Below, piece after piece: positions 63,879 through 64,000 of a DNA stretch of 64,000 nt (position 1 is the first letter of the stretch; each line of letters begins with the position of its first letter). Below the pieces are notes generated by a model. It ran no database searches. It had not been told where the DNA came from and worked only from the letters and a program-made list of their open reading frames with translations. Source of the DNA: Hemiscyllium ocellatum (taxonomy: Eukaryota). Location: the NCBI RefSeq assembly GCF_020745735.1, contig NC_083427.1, positions 1,209,438-1,273,437 on the forward strand. The letters are read 5' to 3'. A program made the position numbers and the translations under genes.

Positions 63879-64000
63879 TGGGTGGTACGGTGGCACAGTG
63901 GCACAGTGGTTAGCACTGCTGCCTCACAGCCGCAGAGTCCCGGGTTCAATTCCCGACTCAGGTGACTGACTGTGTGGAGTTTGCACATTCTCTCCGTGTC
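63879..64000 (+). mobile_element. V-SINE, cut by the window end
   Basis: A box with an extra tggcacag unit, B box GGTTCAATTCC, start of V-domain. Confidence 0.9.

Noticed and set aside
796-64000. Dispersed near-identical ~300-bp repeats as a CRISPR-like or tRNA array
   Set aside because: Eukaryotic SINE copies in both orientations with tails; not regularly spaced and not functional tRNA genes.

Overview
Eukaryotic (cartilaginous fish, most likely a carpet/bamboo-shark-type) genomic window holding the complete constant region of one immunoglobulin new antigen receptor (IgNAR, heavy-chain-only antibody) cluster on the + strand. Exons: C1 (184-504), C2 (2430-2726), C3 (2807-3124), C4 (6023-6343), C5 plus secretory tailpiece (7144-7526), TM1 (19525-19682) and TM2 (23449-23457). 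All splice sites, phases and reading frames look intact. The leader, V, D and J segments lie upstream of the window, and I found no second V-D-J or RSS in the 40 kb downstream. The rest is decayed retroelements typical of sharks: tRNA-derived V-SINEs (HE1-like), CR1-type LINE fragments (HER1-like), a second CR1/L2-group LINE, a Rex1/Babar fragment and Penelope-like elements (PLEs) with hammerhead-ribozyme-bearing terminal repeats. Nearly all ORFs in the supplied track other than the Ig exons are retroelement remnants or chance ORFs. Best unexplained observations: (1) an unannotated, decayed duplicate of C4 + C5 + secretory tail at about 33.4-35.0 kb; (2) a TSD-flanked PLE in the TM1-TM2 intron with inverted terminal repeats and one apparently intact variant hammerhead ribozyme; (3) a 404-bp TSD-flanked insertion whose two halves match sequences 1.66 kb apart downstream; (4) collapsed PLE fold-back hairpins. 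Family names come from my recognition of motifs, not database searches. Repeat boundaries are approximate.
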